NCBI GenBank assembly: GCA_964016885.1
Contig: OZ024740.1
Location: 264,430,001-264,494,000 of the forward strand
Direction: 5' to 3'
Source: Eledone cirrhosa
Taxonomy: Eukaryota
DNA length: 64,000 nucleotides
Positions within the stretch are counted from its first letter, which is position 1, and each line of letters opens with the position of its first letter. The notes beneath the pieces are model-generated. The model was not told the origin of the DNA, ran no database searches, and worked only from the letters and a program-made list of their open reading frames with translations. Both the position numbers and the translations under genes were made by a program. Positions 13,025 through 25,571 of this stretch are shown piece after piece.

Positions 13025-15338
13025 TAGTAATAATAGTAAATTTGAAGACTAAAATCCAAAGAGGACTTGATAAGGATAAATATATATCAAATATATAAGA
13101 ACCGTAGAGCAAATATTTATTAAAATAACAGATTAAAGTTTAAGCAAAGAATCGCTGCTTAACGGGATCTTCTGAAACTAACAAAGTCAATCTGTAAACG
13201 CAGAAGTGGATATTTCAAAAAACGTTGCAACCGGAGGAAGGCAGGAAGACGTTACTTTGGTTCGTGGAAACCTTCCCTGGCAAAGAACGGGAACAAACGA
13301 ATATAATACGTCATTAATAGGAGCAGTGAAAAACATTTACGCGCAAAGACAGAACCCCGTTTAAAAGAGGTCGTAGACTTATGTTCTCTTAGGTTGTTCA
13401 TAGAGACGTTCTCTGGCAATCAACGAAAAAAACGAAGATAATACGTCACATGTGGAGCGTGGAGAACAATTGCACGCAAAGACAAAACCACGTAAATGGT
13501 ATAGCAGAAGTCGTAGACTAAAATTCTAACTAGGAGACCGAATAAATGTCCGCTTCAGAGTTAAGAAAAAAGTAAATAAATACAATACAGAAGTAATGGA
13601 AATAAATAAATACATACATGCACACAAATACGTACATACACGAGCATACGCGAAAATACTCACCATAGGTATAAAAAACCACGTATACAAATAAATAAAT
13701 AATTATATAAACGTATATAAATAAATAAATACGTATATAACAAGCACACACACATACCCACATGTAAATACACAAATGTTCGGAGACGTAAGTCAACCAA
13801 AACATGAAGTACACATATACACACACCCAACATACGTACGAACCTGCATACTCACACTGGCGCAAAACTCCCGTATACACATAACCAAACCATATGTACC
13901 AGAATATATAAAATTATACGCCATAACATATACAATCAAATATACGTACGAGAAGGTATACGTACCTTCACAAAACATACAGGTAATATATACTTACCTA
14001 TACAAATAAGTAATGGTATATACAAAACATATACTTAGCTACCACATCAAGACGTAAATTATCAACGTATAGATCGTACTATCTGTTAGGGTATAACGTG
14101 GGGCTGTAATACAGGAAAGTTTTGTGCAATTTATGTTTACAAGCCGAAATTACCTCAGATTTTTTGTTTAAGATGTGGTCTGTGGCGTAGAGTATTTCCA
14201 GGGCCTCAGCGGCGCAGAGGTCACATGGTCTTTTATTTCCGTTATACGATCTAGCCCTATCTAGGATCTCCCAGTGTAACTTATATTGGGTGTGGTTGTC
14301 TTTTAGACTCCAGATATAAGCTGAAAGTGACGTCATATTCCTTCTTAGAGGGTAACGAAAAGAATGGGTATGCATGTAAAGACGCTGCTTGAATCTATTG
14401 GCGGTTAACCCTATGTAGGGCCTACGGGACGTGGGTGTTTCAACCTTACATTTGTAGACAATGTTACTAGATAGGCATTTCCCGGATAGGGGGCAATCAA
14501 CCCGATTCCTACAATTACAGTTAGTACTAACTACAGGGTTAAACGTGTTCCTACGGCTAGGTAGTTTAACTAAATTTGAAGCTGTGATGTTATGTGCAAT
14601 GTTAGGAGTCGTAGAGAAAGAAATTTTAATAGTATTTCTATTAAACATTTTACTATATTTATGTGTAGGGGGAAAATGATTCGTAATAAGGGAATGAAAC
14701 AGCTTAGCTAATGTTGTGGCCACCTCCGTATTGTATGGTGTGTTATACCAACAAATGTGACGGGATCTATTTCTTATAGGTCTATTTTCGTACTCTGTAT
14801 ATGCTACCTTATCGACAAATCCACTCCGAGCAAGAGCTTCATTGTAATAAGTGGAATGGTATGTTGAAAATATGCTCGTTAGTGGATAGACGGGAACGCC
14901 TCAACGAAACGTTTCTTACCAGGTTCTTGGTTATACTGGCAGGATTGTTGGAATGCTTACTTATGTAATTAAGCGTATCATTCGGCTTTCTATACGGGTA
15001 ATACAACCCATTCAATAAATTGAGGGTAACGTCGAGGTAATTAACGACCGAGAGATTGGCCTCAACCTGTACAGAGAGGTTGAAGCCTTTAAAGACGGCT
15101 GTGAGTTCTTTTCTGAACCTGTCGCAGGCACTAGGTCCGCACTTAGTCATGGTCAAAATACCATCATCACGGTACGAACCGCCGCCCGCGTTGGGGTATT
15201 CGTCCTTGATAGAGAAAAGAAGGAAAAGGCCGATAAGATCAGTAACCTCCGCAGAATCGCTGGCGCCCATATTCACGTCGAATGGGGTAGTATTGGATTT
15301 TTTAATCCAAATAGAGTCGTCGAAATTAATCACCGACT
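13025..15338 (-). mobile_element. Naiad-type PLE (family B), 5'-truncated: RT C-half, GIY-YIG, 3' UTR/pLTR
   Basis: FDVNMGASDSAEVTDLIGL, YRDDG, VNYLDVTLNL, PYRKPN; then CNCRNRVDCPLSGKC, NIVY, YIGLT, CDLC (ORF 14079-14723). Frameshift near 14860. Confidence 0.9.
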
Positions 15339-16443
15339 TCTTAGCATGTTGGTAGAGCACAGATGATTCTTTATTATCTTGGAGGTCTCGCCAGTGTTCA
15401 TTTATTCGTTCCCCTATACTACGAGCTGTCTCACCTATGTACACTATATTTTTGTTTCTACATTGTCCTTCAGTACATCTTATGCTATACACTACATTTC
15501 TAGTTTTACAGTTAATATGGGGGCTTATTTTACAGGTTATACATTTCTTATCTATACATGAGGGTCTTTGGAACCTCCAAGATAATAAAGAATCATCTGT
15601 GCTCTACCAACATGCTAAGATAGAACACAGGGGTAGATTAGAGAACATAGAAATAAAAATAGAATCCACACACAGAAAAGATGCAATGTTTAGGCAAATT
15701 ACAGAGGCAGCAAGCATAAAAGAATTACAACCAAAATTAAATAGAAAATATGAGTGGAACAGCAACATCACAACTTACAATTAAGGATAAAATGAAAACA
15801 CACACAGGACAAAATGAAAACACACACACACATTGAACAAGCAACTTACAATTAAGGACAAAATGAAAACACACACAGGACAAAATGAAAACACACACAC
15901 ACATTGAACAAGCAACTTACAATTAAGGACAAAATGAAAACACACACAGGACAAAATGAAAACACACACAGGACAAAATGAAAACACACACACACATAGA
16001 ACAAACAACCAACCAACAATAAATAAATAGATAAATAAACAAATAGATAAATGAACACAAACACACACAGACACCCGGATGTGGCGCATGCGCAAACTGA
16101 GCACACAACACACACACAGAAACAAAATGGCATAGGATAGAAGAAAGGAAAGGTACAGAAACAAAGTAAGGAATCCCCAGTCACTGAAGAGGTCACAGAG
16201 TGTGTGACGAAAGGACTATGACTATATATAAACAACTATCTGGTTGTGGAACCAACCAACCAACCAGAAATTTATAAGTTTGTAAATTTGTAAATTTATA
16301 AATTTATAAATATATAATAAATTGAAGTGAAAGCAACTGGTGCGTGTGTTTCTTATTGGCAACATGACCCTCCCAAAGTATAACAATATCGGTTTCAACA
16401 CACGATTTCAGATAAAGAATCTTGCTAAACAAATTCAGAAACG
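15339..16443 (+). mobile_element. PLE family A copy with 5' inversion (15339-15574 minus; 15573-16443 plus)
   Basis: Matches 12060-13005. The LQDNKESSVLYQHAK segment is present in both orientations. HHR at 16179-16223; expanded GGACAAAATGAAAACACACACA repeats at 15785-15995. Confidence 0.9.
16179..16223 (+). ncRNA. Minimal hammerhead, PLE-A pLTR
   Basis: AGUCA-CUGAAGA-gGUCACA...UGUGAC-GAAA-GGAC-UA-UGACU. Confidence 0.7.
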
Positions 16444-16515
<72 letters not shown>

Positions 16516-16517
<2 letters not shown>

Positions 16518-17040
16518 CAATAATAATAAATTTGAAGACTAACTTCCAAAGAGGAATCGAGAAGCATAAATATATATCAAATGTATAAGAACCGTTGAGC
16601 AAATATTTATTAAAGTAACAGATTAAAGTTTATGCAAAGAATCGCTGCTTTCACCCTTAACGGGAACTTCTGAAACTAACAAGGTCAATCTGTGAACGCA
16701 GAAGTGAATATTTCAAAAAACGTTTCAACCGGAGGAAGACAAGAAGACGATACTTTGGTTCGTGGAAACGTTCCCTTGCAAAGAACGGGAAAAACGAATA
16801 TAATACGTCATTATTTGGAGCGGTGAAAAACAATTACACGCAAAGACAAAACCACGACTATGGTATAAAAGAAGTCGTAGACTAAAATTCTAACTAGGAA
16901 ACCGAATGATTCTCGGCTTCAGAGTTAAGAATAAAGTAAATAAAATGCAGTGGTAATTGAAATGAAATAAATACATGCATGCATCCATATACGTACATAC
17001 ACAAGCATACGCGAAAACACTCGCCATAGGTATACAAATA
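16516..17040 (-). mobile_element. Solo 3' UTR/pLTR of Naiad family B
   Basis: Aligns to 13025-13680; degenerate HHR at ~16627-16677. Confidence 0.8.
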
Positions 17041-17314
17041 GAATTTACCAGGAGAAATAATGATTAATGCTATTGGGATATAGTTAAAGTTAATTTGACA
17101 AAAAGATTAAAGTCATTCATTAACGTAGAGATAAACATACATGTATTAAATATGAAAGTAATATAGCACAGAAAACACACTGAAAATTATAACAATGCAC
17201 ATATGTCGATGTAGAGTTTACTATTAGTAACTGTGAAACGAATAAATATACTTTTAAAGCGAACAACCTTGGCAATAAACTATAAAACACGCACAAACAA
17301 TGTTTTAAATATTA

Positions 17315-18730
17315 CACTGGTCAACAAATCTTGAAAAGTTGTGTGCTTCTTAAATGAGCCTTTATGATCTGAGTTCAAATCCCGCCGAGGTTAACTTTGC
17401 CTTTCATCTTTAAGGGGTCGATAAAATAAAGTACCAGTAATGTACTGGGTAATTGCTGGCCTTGTGCCTAATATAGAAACAATTATTTTATTCTTATATA
17501 TTCCCATGCCTGAATTCAGATATCACCTTGATAAATATTTATTTGCTATAGGCTTAACGATACACATGTAATGTTTGATTATTTTATTTTAATGTACAAT
17601 ATGTGCCATTATGTTTTTAGCTCTAGTCCTTCTCTACTCTCTGCTTTTTTGCTTGACGCTTATAGTGGACTGAAGAATCATCTCTTGTCCATGTCCAGCA
17701 ATAGTCTTCAAGAATTGTTGTGTTGCATTTGCCCTGTTACCGCTTTTCCATGGCTGAAACGTCTGGTGAAACCTTTCACCATGTTCGTCACTAACTGCCT
17801 CTAGTGTCCACTAGAAAAAAAGTATAAATGTGTGTCCAAAAAGTGAATGATTTTAAGTGACATGTTACATCCCATGTTCTTGTAAGCCTTGATGAAGTTT
17901 TCCACCACTTCTTCATAGTTTCCTTCCATTCTGTTTCTGAGAAATCTCTTGGCAACTAACTTGAATGCTTCCCAAGCAGCCTTCTCATCCCCATGAAGGT
18001 CTGATCAAAAGTCGCCATATTTAAGAAGCTCGCGAATCTGAGTAGCAAGACTGCATCTTTTATCTTATCGTTGCTCAGTGAGGGAAATGTTGATGTTAAA
18101 AACTTGAATCCCTGAGCGGATTTGTCCATAGCTTTTACAAAGGTTTTCATGAGCTCCAGTTTTGCTGGTAGCAAAGTTTTGTTTGGTTCAGTGAGAGGTG
18201 GATGTTGAAAATTTTTCATTCCAAGCTGCAATGTTTGACGAGGTGGCCAGTCGCTCCTGATATAGTGGGAACCTCTTGCACAGCTGTCCCATTCACACAG
18301 AAAGCAGCAGTACTTGGTGTATCCGCCCGGCAAGCCCATCACAAGAGCGACAACCATTAAGTCAACACAGATTTTCAATTGGTGTTTGTCATATGTTGTT
18401 CATTGCAACATATGCTTTATATTGTCATGAGATACCCCACAAAAACTGATGGTTCACCGTTAAGAAACATTTCAGATTAGGTTTTGATGAATCTAAGAAC
18501 AACCTCCAGTGACTGGGTTTGTATTCAATCCCAAGTGCTTCCATGACACCATTAATTTTGATGCAGGCCAATAAATTACCTTCCATTATTAAGAAACTTC
18601 TGAACTGCTGCTGGCGGTCACGAATCTTTCAATCTTCACATCAGTTGCTTGGAAATTACACTATTGAAGATGAGAGCCTAACAACTCTGCCTTATTCTTA
18701 GGTATTTGTAGATCCCTTTGTGTTATGAGA
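17315..18730 (-). mobile_element. Chapaev3-type DNA transposon relic (3' half)
   Basis: TTA|CACTGGTCAACAAA terminus; GYTKYCCFLCEWDS, KLELMKTFVKAMD and a decayed SDEHGERFHQD region. A SINE is inserted at ~17355-17485. Confidence 0.8.
17355..17485 (+). mobile_element. tRNA-derived SINE
   Basis: GAGTTCAAATCCCGCCGAGGTTAACTTTGCCTTTCATC...GTCGATAAAATAAAGTACCAG. Confidence 0.8.
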
Positions 18731-18735
18731 TATGG

Positions 18736-19836
18736 TCCGGGTACCTAAAGGTCGACTGGTGGTTCAGGAAGCGTTCCTTAAATCGGCCTTCCGCCATACC
18801 CACATACCATTTCGCCTCCTGAGGTTGATTTGGTCGGATGGAAGTGACCACAGCTTCATAAACTACAGCGGGTGTGTTGCATTGTTGTTGAAGGGGACAA
18901 GCGTCGGGCTTACGGCAAGAACACCCTGTTGGGTGTTGCTCTTAAGGCTGTTGGTGATGTGGGCCTTCATGTTCTTAGCGCAGGATTATCCTAGTTTTAC
19001 TTTGTGTCGGTTAAAGATGGAGCGGTATTTATGAGCTATGGGAAAGTGTCTATCTTAGAGGGCTAGAAATGATTTGCCTACATTGGTTTTAACGTTGAGT
19101 GAGAAAGGAGAGAACTAGATAGTTTGTCTATTGTTACGCTTTCTTTTCTTATTGCTGTTGTTGTTAGTGGGAGAGCAAGTGATAGGTTTCGAGAAGCCGC
19201 TGTTAGCTAACGCCGTGTTATAGTAGGGTGTCGCTCTGTGAAAGATAGCCTTATTAGAGGAGAGGTTTGAGATTCTAGTACTGATATTACTTACGAAGTT
19301 TCTAAAAACAGTGGGAGGGTGGCATGAGTCATTGTGAATGTAATTGAGTTTTTCGTTTAGTTTATAGAAGGGTATGCAGGTGTGTGTGCAAAGGTCTAAA
19401 TTAATGTATACGAAATCTACGCTGGGGAGGTTGGTAGCTACTGTTATCCTAAGTCCTAACACATTGAAGCTAGAAGCTAAGTCTATTTTAAACCGGTCGA
19501 GGTCGTGACCACTTTTATGGCTCGATTAGTTCAGTCCGTCGTCGCGGTATATTCCCGTGTGGAAGTCCGGGAATCTAACACGTAATATGTCTAAAATAAA
19601 TAGTCCCATACGTCAGCACTGTCAAACTTCTTTGCCCAGGCTACTCCGTTATTGAAGTGGATGGTTTTACGGCAGTGAGCGATGATTTCCCTGTCTAAAC
19701 CATGGACGGTAGTGTAAGTTGTAGCAAAGTCCAACGCTTTGTTTCACAGGGTCTCTGAGATCGACGGGTAAAAATCAGCAACGTCAAATGTTGTGAACTT
19801 CGCTTTATTGGATTTGAAGGTGTTGAACCACTTAAT
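18736..19836 (-). pseudogene. Inverted, truncated copy of Naiad family C RT/EN
   Basis: Reverse complement of ~20975-22075 with deletions and substitutions. Confidence 0.9.
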
Positions 19837-19992
19837 TACAACAACATCATCCTAATTTTCTTATCAACTAGAAACTTTCGGACTTTCGCAGTTATCTCTC
19901 ACGCAATTTAGTATTGCCTGAGTGAAGTAACCAGCTCTGCGCATGCGCGTTCATACGGGTGTCCTTCCTGTTCCGTATAACCATGATCATTA

Positions 19993-20030
19993 CGAACTGA
20001 GGATCCGCTAAGGTGAAACAATTGTTCTCG
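19993..20030 (+). ncRNA. Minimal hammerhead, 5' pLTR of Naiad-C
   Basis: CGAA-CUGAGGA-UCCgcuaaGGU-GAAA-CAAUUG-UU-CUCG. Confidence 0.7.
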
Positions 20031-20284
20031 GTATGCTGAACTAACTGTTGTGTAACCACTTCCTACCTAACTCGTCCCACGGACTGAGTGCTCTACCACT
20101 AAGGATATTACCTTCCAGTGTTCTACCATTATATACGTCTCCAGTAACGGTCAGCAGATTCTTTTCACTACGTAGAAGTTTGTCTTTTAGCAGATTCTTC
20201 ACCACGTGCGAGTTTGGCTTCCTACCAAATGAGCGCTCTCTATATCCTCTGTCCTACACAATTTTGTATCTCATCACCATCAGT

Positions 20285-22337
20285 ATGGATTTATACGAAC
20301 TGGATTACACCCTGAAGAACATTCCCACTCCCTCAAACCAAGCTTACCAAAAGCTTCTCCTAAAAAAAGCGGAAGATGTTGTCAGACGCTAAAGATGGCG
20401 AGCCCTAGCTTTTGACGGCAAAATTACAGGCACCAGTAACACCTTCAACCTGAAATCGAAAGCCTACCTTCCTAAGGTAACTGAACTTGCTCTTTTCGAG
20501 ACGAACCTTCTAACCTTAGTCGCCAACATTTCCTTTCGCAAACACCCTAACACCTTTCAAACTAAACTTAGAAAAGATATTAAGAAATGTAGGTCTTCTA
20601 ATAACACTTTCGTTCTTTCCTACAAAACTAATAATATTTACGAAATCGACAACACCATTCGCAGCCACTTGGCCCATAACGCTATTACTTCCAAATATGA
20701 GAAAGCTAATCCAATGGCCTACCACGACATTAATACAGAAGCCAAAGAACTTGCCGCCGACCTTAAGGTAGATAAGAAGCTACAATCTCTAGCTAAGCGG
20801 AAGGGGTTCGTCACCCTGAAAGATCACAAGGTAGACTTTACTTCTAACCCCACATGTAAACTACGAAATCAGGCACGCACTGATATGAGCCTAGTCAGTA
20901 AGGCGATACTTAGAAACATAGTTAAGACCATTAGGACCAAGTTCAACCTGCCCAAGTGGGAGAACAGCGATTCCATAATTGAGTGGTTCAACTCCTTCAA
21001 ATCCAAAAAAGCGAAGTTCACACAGTTTGACATTGTTGATTTTTACCCGTCGATCTCAGAGACTCTGTTAAACAAAGCGTTGGACTTTGCTACAACTTAC
21101 ACTACCGTCCATGGTTTAGACAAAGAAATCATCGCTTACTGCCGGAAAAACCTTCTTTTCAACAACGGAGTAGCCTGGGCAAAGAAGTCAACAACTTCAG
21201 ACCTGTTTGACGTCTCCATGGGATCGTTTGAAAGTGCTGACGTATGGGACTTGGTTGGCCTATTTATTTTAGACATATTACGTGTTAGATTCCCGGACTT
21301 CCAGACGGGAATATACCGCGACGATGGAGTGACCTTATCGAGTCATAAAAGTGGTCACAACCTCCACCAGTTTAAAAAAGACTTAGCTGCTACCTTCAAT
21401 GAGTTAGGATTTACGATAATAGTAGCTACCAACCTCTCTAGCGTAGATTTCTTAGACATTAATTTAGACCTTCGCACACACATCTGCAGTCCCTTCCATA
21501 TGCTTAACGAAAAACTCAATTACATTCACAAGAACTCATGCCACTTTTGTTAGAAACTTCGTAAATAATATCAGTAGTAGAATCTCAAACCTCTCCTCTA
21601 ATAAGACTATCTTTGACAGAGCGGCACCCTACAATAACACGGCGTTAGCTAACAGCGGCTTCTCTCAACCTATCACTTACTCCCCCACTAACAACAACAG
21701 CATGAAGAAAAGAAAGCGTAACAATACACAAACTATCTGGTTCTCCCCTCCCATCGCACTGAACGTCAAAACCAACGTAGGAAAAACATTTCTAGCCCAT
21801 CTTTAACCGACACAAAGTAAAACTAGGATACTCCTGCGCTAAGAACATGAAGGCCCACATCACCAACAGTCCTAAGACCAACCAGGGTACTCTTGCCGGA
21901 AGCCTGAAGCTTGTCCACTTAAACAGCAATGCAACACACCCGCTGTAGGTTATGAAGCTGTGGTTACTTCCAACCGACCAAATCAGCCTCAGGAGGTCAA
22001 ATCCTATTTGGGTATGGCGGAGGGCCGATTTAAGGAACGCTTCCTGAACCACCAGTCGACCTTTAGGTACCCGGAGAGACGTTCATCCACGAAACTCTCG
22101 AGCCACGTATGGTCCCTCAACGTCTCAAGTATAGACTACTCCATTAAATGGAAAGCCATCACTAAGTCCAAGCCACACACAAGGCGATATCCGTCTTGTG
22201 GACTATGTATTGATGAACGAATACATATTCTAAAGAGATTACGCTATAACGATTGCCTGAATTCAAGGTTTGAATTCTTCACACATTGTCCACGCGTCTG
22301 GAAACACCTATTACATAACTACACATCTCCGGATTGA
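20285..22337 (+). pseudogene. Naiad RT plus C-terminal GIY-YIG polyprotein, frameshifted
   Basis: MDLYELDYTLKNIPTP, FVTLKDHK, FDIVDFYPSI, DVSMGSFESAD, GIYRDDG, VDFLDINLDL, YLGMAEGRFKERF, CGLC. Confidence 0.92.
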
Positions 22338-22502
22338 ATTACAATATCCTAATTTTCTTATCATCTAGAAACTTTCGGACATTCGCAGTTATCTCCCTTA
22401 CACCCCTCACACACAAGTTAGTATTGCCTGAGTGCAGTGACCGTCTCTGCGCATGCGCGTTCATACGGGTGTCCTTCCTGTTCCATATAACCATGACCAT
22501 TA

Positions 22503-22540
22503 CGAGCTGAGGATCCGCTAAGGTGAAACAATTGTCTTCG
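22503..22540 (+). ncRNA. Minimal hammerhead with palindromic helix III, 3' pLTR of Naiad-C
   Basis: CGAG-CUGAGGA-UCCgcuaaGGU-GAAA-CAAUUG-UC-UUCG; GUC cleavage triplet. Confidence 0.8.
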
Positions 22541-22760
22541 CTATGGTGAACTAACTGTTGTGTAACCACTTCTACCTAACTTGTCCCACGGACTGAGTGT
22601 TCTACCACTACTGATATTACCTTCCAGTGTTCTACCACTATATATATATATATATATATATAAGTAAGATGTATGGTAGGTCGTATGTGAATCGCGATGA
22701 TCACGTCTGACCTACCAAATATGTGACGGTAGCTAGTTAAGCTCTATGCGTATACGCAGA

Positions 22761-22855
<95 letters not shown>

Positions 22856-23612
22856 GCGATAAATTAACGGAGCCATAGGCCCTCGCTATTCCCTGTAAAT
22901 AATGTGCTCAAAGGAGAAGAAATCCTGAGCTCTTTAAAATACAATATGTTGAAAAAGGTAACAAACCAGAGAGAGATATACAGTGCGCTATCAATAAAAC
23001 AGGGAAAAAAACCACCAGTATATGGAATCTATAACCTATAAAAGGCAGACTATAGACACGATAATTATAAATATAAATTAAAGCGTAAATAAATACCTTT
23101 ATAAATATATAACACACGTCCAAATCCGAAGATACAAATCCAAAGAAATGTTTCGCCAGTAATCTGTTGAAAGAAATGGATTAACCTCGATTCATCAGCG
23201 TGTGTAAGGCTATACATTTCAGACAACACTAAGAGAATTTTAAAAGTGACTGTCCAGCTACACGTGGGAGAGAGAAGTTACAGCGTGTTTAAGGGCAGTG
23301 AACCAGTGGCCTCTGAGGGACGAACTGCTAGAAAGTGTGCTCAATCAAACAGAGAGATAGGAAAGACTGTTATAAAGAGCGAAATATCGCGATAAATTAA
23401 CGGAGGCATAGGCCCTGGCGAAACATATCTTTGGATTTGTACGTATGTTACATAGTTATAAAGTATTTATTTACGCTTTAATTTATATTTTTAATTATCG
23501 TGTCTATAGTCTGCCTTTCATAGGTTATAGATTCCATACACAGGTGTTTTTGTTCCCTGTTTTATTGATATAGCACTGTATATCTCTCTCTGGTGTGTTA
23601 CCTTTTCTACAT

Positions 23613-23616
<4 letters not shown>
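22856..23616 (-). mobile_element. Non-coding HHR-bearing unit (533-bp period) with fold-back copy
   Basis: GCGATAAATTAACGGAG.CATAGGCCCT at 22856 and 23389; 22940-23159 is inverted at 23415-23616. Degenerate HHR at ~23113-23205(-). Confidence 0.65.
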
Positions 23617-23687
<71 letters not shown>

Positions 23688-23688
23688 A

Positions 23689-23746
<58 letters not shown>

Positions 23747-23749
<3 letters not shown>

Positions 23750-25275
23750 TAAATATCTTTAAGTCGTTTGGAAGCCTCGACAATGCAAATGGGTAAATCT
23801 GCGGGTAACAACGTCCGGTGGTGGAGAGAGAGATGTAATTGGGTGTACGTTGAGATGCGTGGTGTGTATAAGATGTGTGAGATGTGTAGAATGAAGAGTA
23901 TAAGGGATAGATTAAAAATAACAACACAAGAGAGAGTTACCTTGGGAGACATTTAATAGTCCCTATATATTTCGGATTCCCATCCATCAACTGGGTTTTT
24001 TTCCGGGGTGGGGGAAAAGGTTGTCTGTCTGACAGGTCCGGAATGCGTCCTTCGCTGTTTGTTGTTTTGAATATCTGAGGTATTCGGCAGAGCACGCGTG
24101 CGCGTGAAATGGCGTCGGTCGTACAGAGGTCAGCGGCCGAACGAGGGAGTGGGATGGTGCTAGCTGTCAGTCCATTTTCTGCCTGTTTGTTAAATGTTAC
24201 TGTGTGTGTGTGTGTTGTTGTCTCGCTTGGGTGTGTGTGTGTGCGTGTGTTATTGCCTTGTTCCTCTGTATTGGCAGTGTAGTATGTTCGTATGGTAGAA
24301 TGCTGCTGTGTGTGTGTGCGTGTGCGTGTGTAGTTGTCTCGTTTGCGTGTGTGTGTGTGTGCGTGTGTTGTGTGTTGTTGCATCGCTTGTTAACTTAAAC
24401 CAGCCATCTCATTTCGCTTCTCTCTGATCGGTTGTTTATTTGCGGTTGCAGTCGTTTAATAAAAAGCGCTTCCTTGATACGTAACGTGCCGACGTTTCTT
24501 TCAGTCGCTAGAATTGTGACAATGGGCCTTCCGTCTTTGTTTCCGCATTTGTCTATGTGTTTCCGGAAAGACGAGGCCCTGGTTTTAGTGAGTTCCTTGA
24601 TCCGGATGTGCAAAGGTCGAATTGTGCTACCTATGTAGTATTGGTTGCACCTGTCACATTCTATCTCATACACGACGTATGTGCGTAGGCAACAGTTCGC
24701 ATGGGGTATCGGGCTGTCTCTGAGGGAGCATGCGTCAGTAGATTTTTCGGGTTTCTTGGAGAGGCATCTTCGCAGGGAGGGGCCCGAGTGGGCCAGGTGG
24801 ATGTCGAGGCCCTCCCTCCGTATAGCCTTGCGGATAGCGTTGGTGGTATTCTCGCCCAGGTGTGGCATTTTAAGGAAGCACTTGCCTTGGGTGCTTCTCT
24901 GTCTCTTGCGTCTGGTGTCTCCTATTCTGTCTGTGATCGAGGTAGGGTACCCGTTCGTCTCCAGCACCTTGAGGAATCGATTGGTATAAGTGACACCACT
25001 CGCGGGATCGCTGAATCTGTTTTTGATTCGCGCGATCTCGTTTGTGATGTATCCTCTTTTGGCACTGTTAGGGAGGGCGGACTTGTAGTGAACGAATAGG
25101 TCCCTGCAGGTTGCCTTTCGGTAGAAGTTGCAGTGGATCCTTCCCTGTTCCGTGATGTTGATTCGGAAGTCGAGTACGGCAAGTGACCTGTCTTCGTTGG
25201 GGTGTTCAACACTGAAGTCAATGTTCTCGTCCGTGTTGTTGAACGTCTCATAGACATTGAAAATACCACTGCCTA
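23747..25275 (-). mobile_element. PLE family D, 5'-truncated: RT thumb, GIY-YIG, 3' UTR
   Basis: AVLDFRI...FYRKA...LETNGYP...VVYEIECDRCNQYYIGSTIRPLHIRIKE...EALFIKRLQPQIN (stop at 24395). Degenerate HHR at 23961-23995. Confidence 0.88.
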
Positions 25276-25410
25276 CTTGGTTGTGGCAAATTCAAAAGAA
25301 TCAATCACGTGACATCGAGGTTAATCAGTGAGGAGTGAGGTGTTAAGAAGACAGTAGCCGAACTATTACTATGATGTATAGTTTGTTGAGCAAAAATTTG
25401 CAAAAACTGC

Positions 25411-25504
<94 letters not shown>

Positions 25505-25571
25505 ATATATATATATATATATATTCACACATATATTTATATACATTTATATATATATATATATATATATA

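Larger units (their letters stand above)
19834..22640 (+). mobile_element. Near full-length Naiad-type PLE (family C) with direct pLTRs 19834-20131 and 22338-22640
   Basis: Direct ~300-bp repeats each carry an HHR and flank a frameshifted RT-EN ORF; the element ends in (TA)n. Confidence 0.92.

Noticed and set aside
14839-15492. A genuine N-terminal-EN (Chlamys-like) PLE
   Set aside because: The EN part is nearly identical to the separate PLE-A copies and the RT lacks its N-half, so this is a junction of two elements.
20285-22640. Selenoprotein-type Naiad (in-frame UGA plus SECIS)
   Set aside because: The usual Cys position in AEVCELVG is TGG in both copies, disruptions are frameshifts, and I saw no SECIS.
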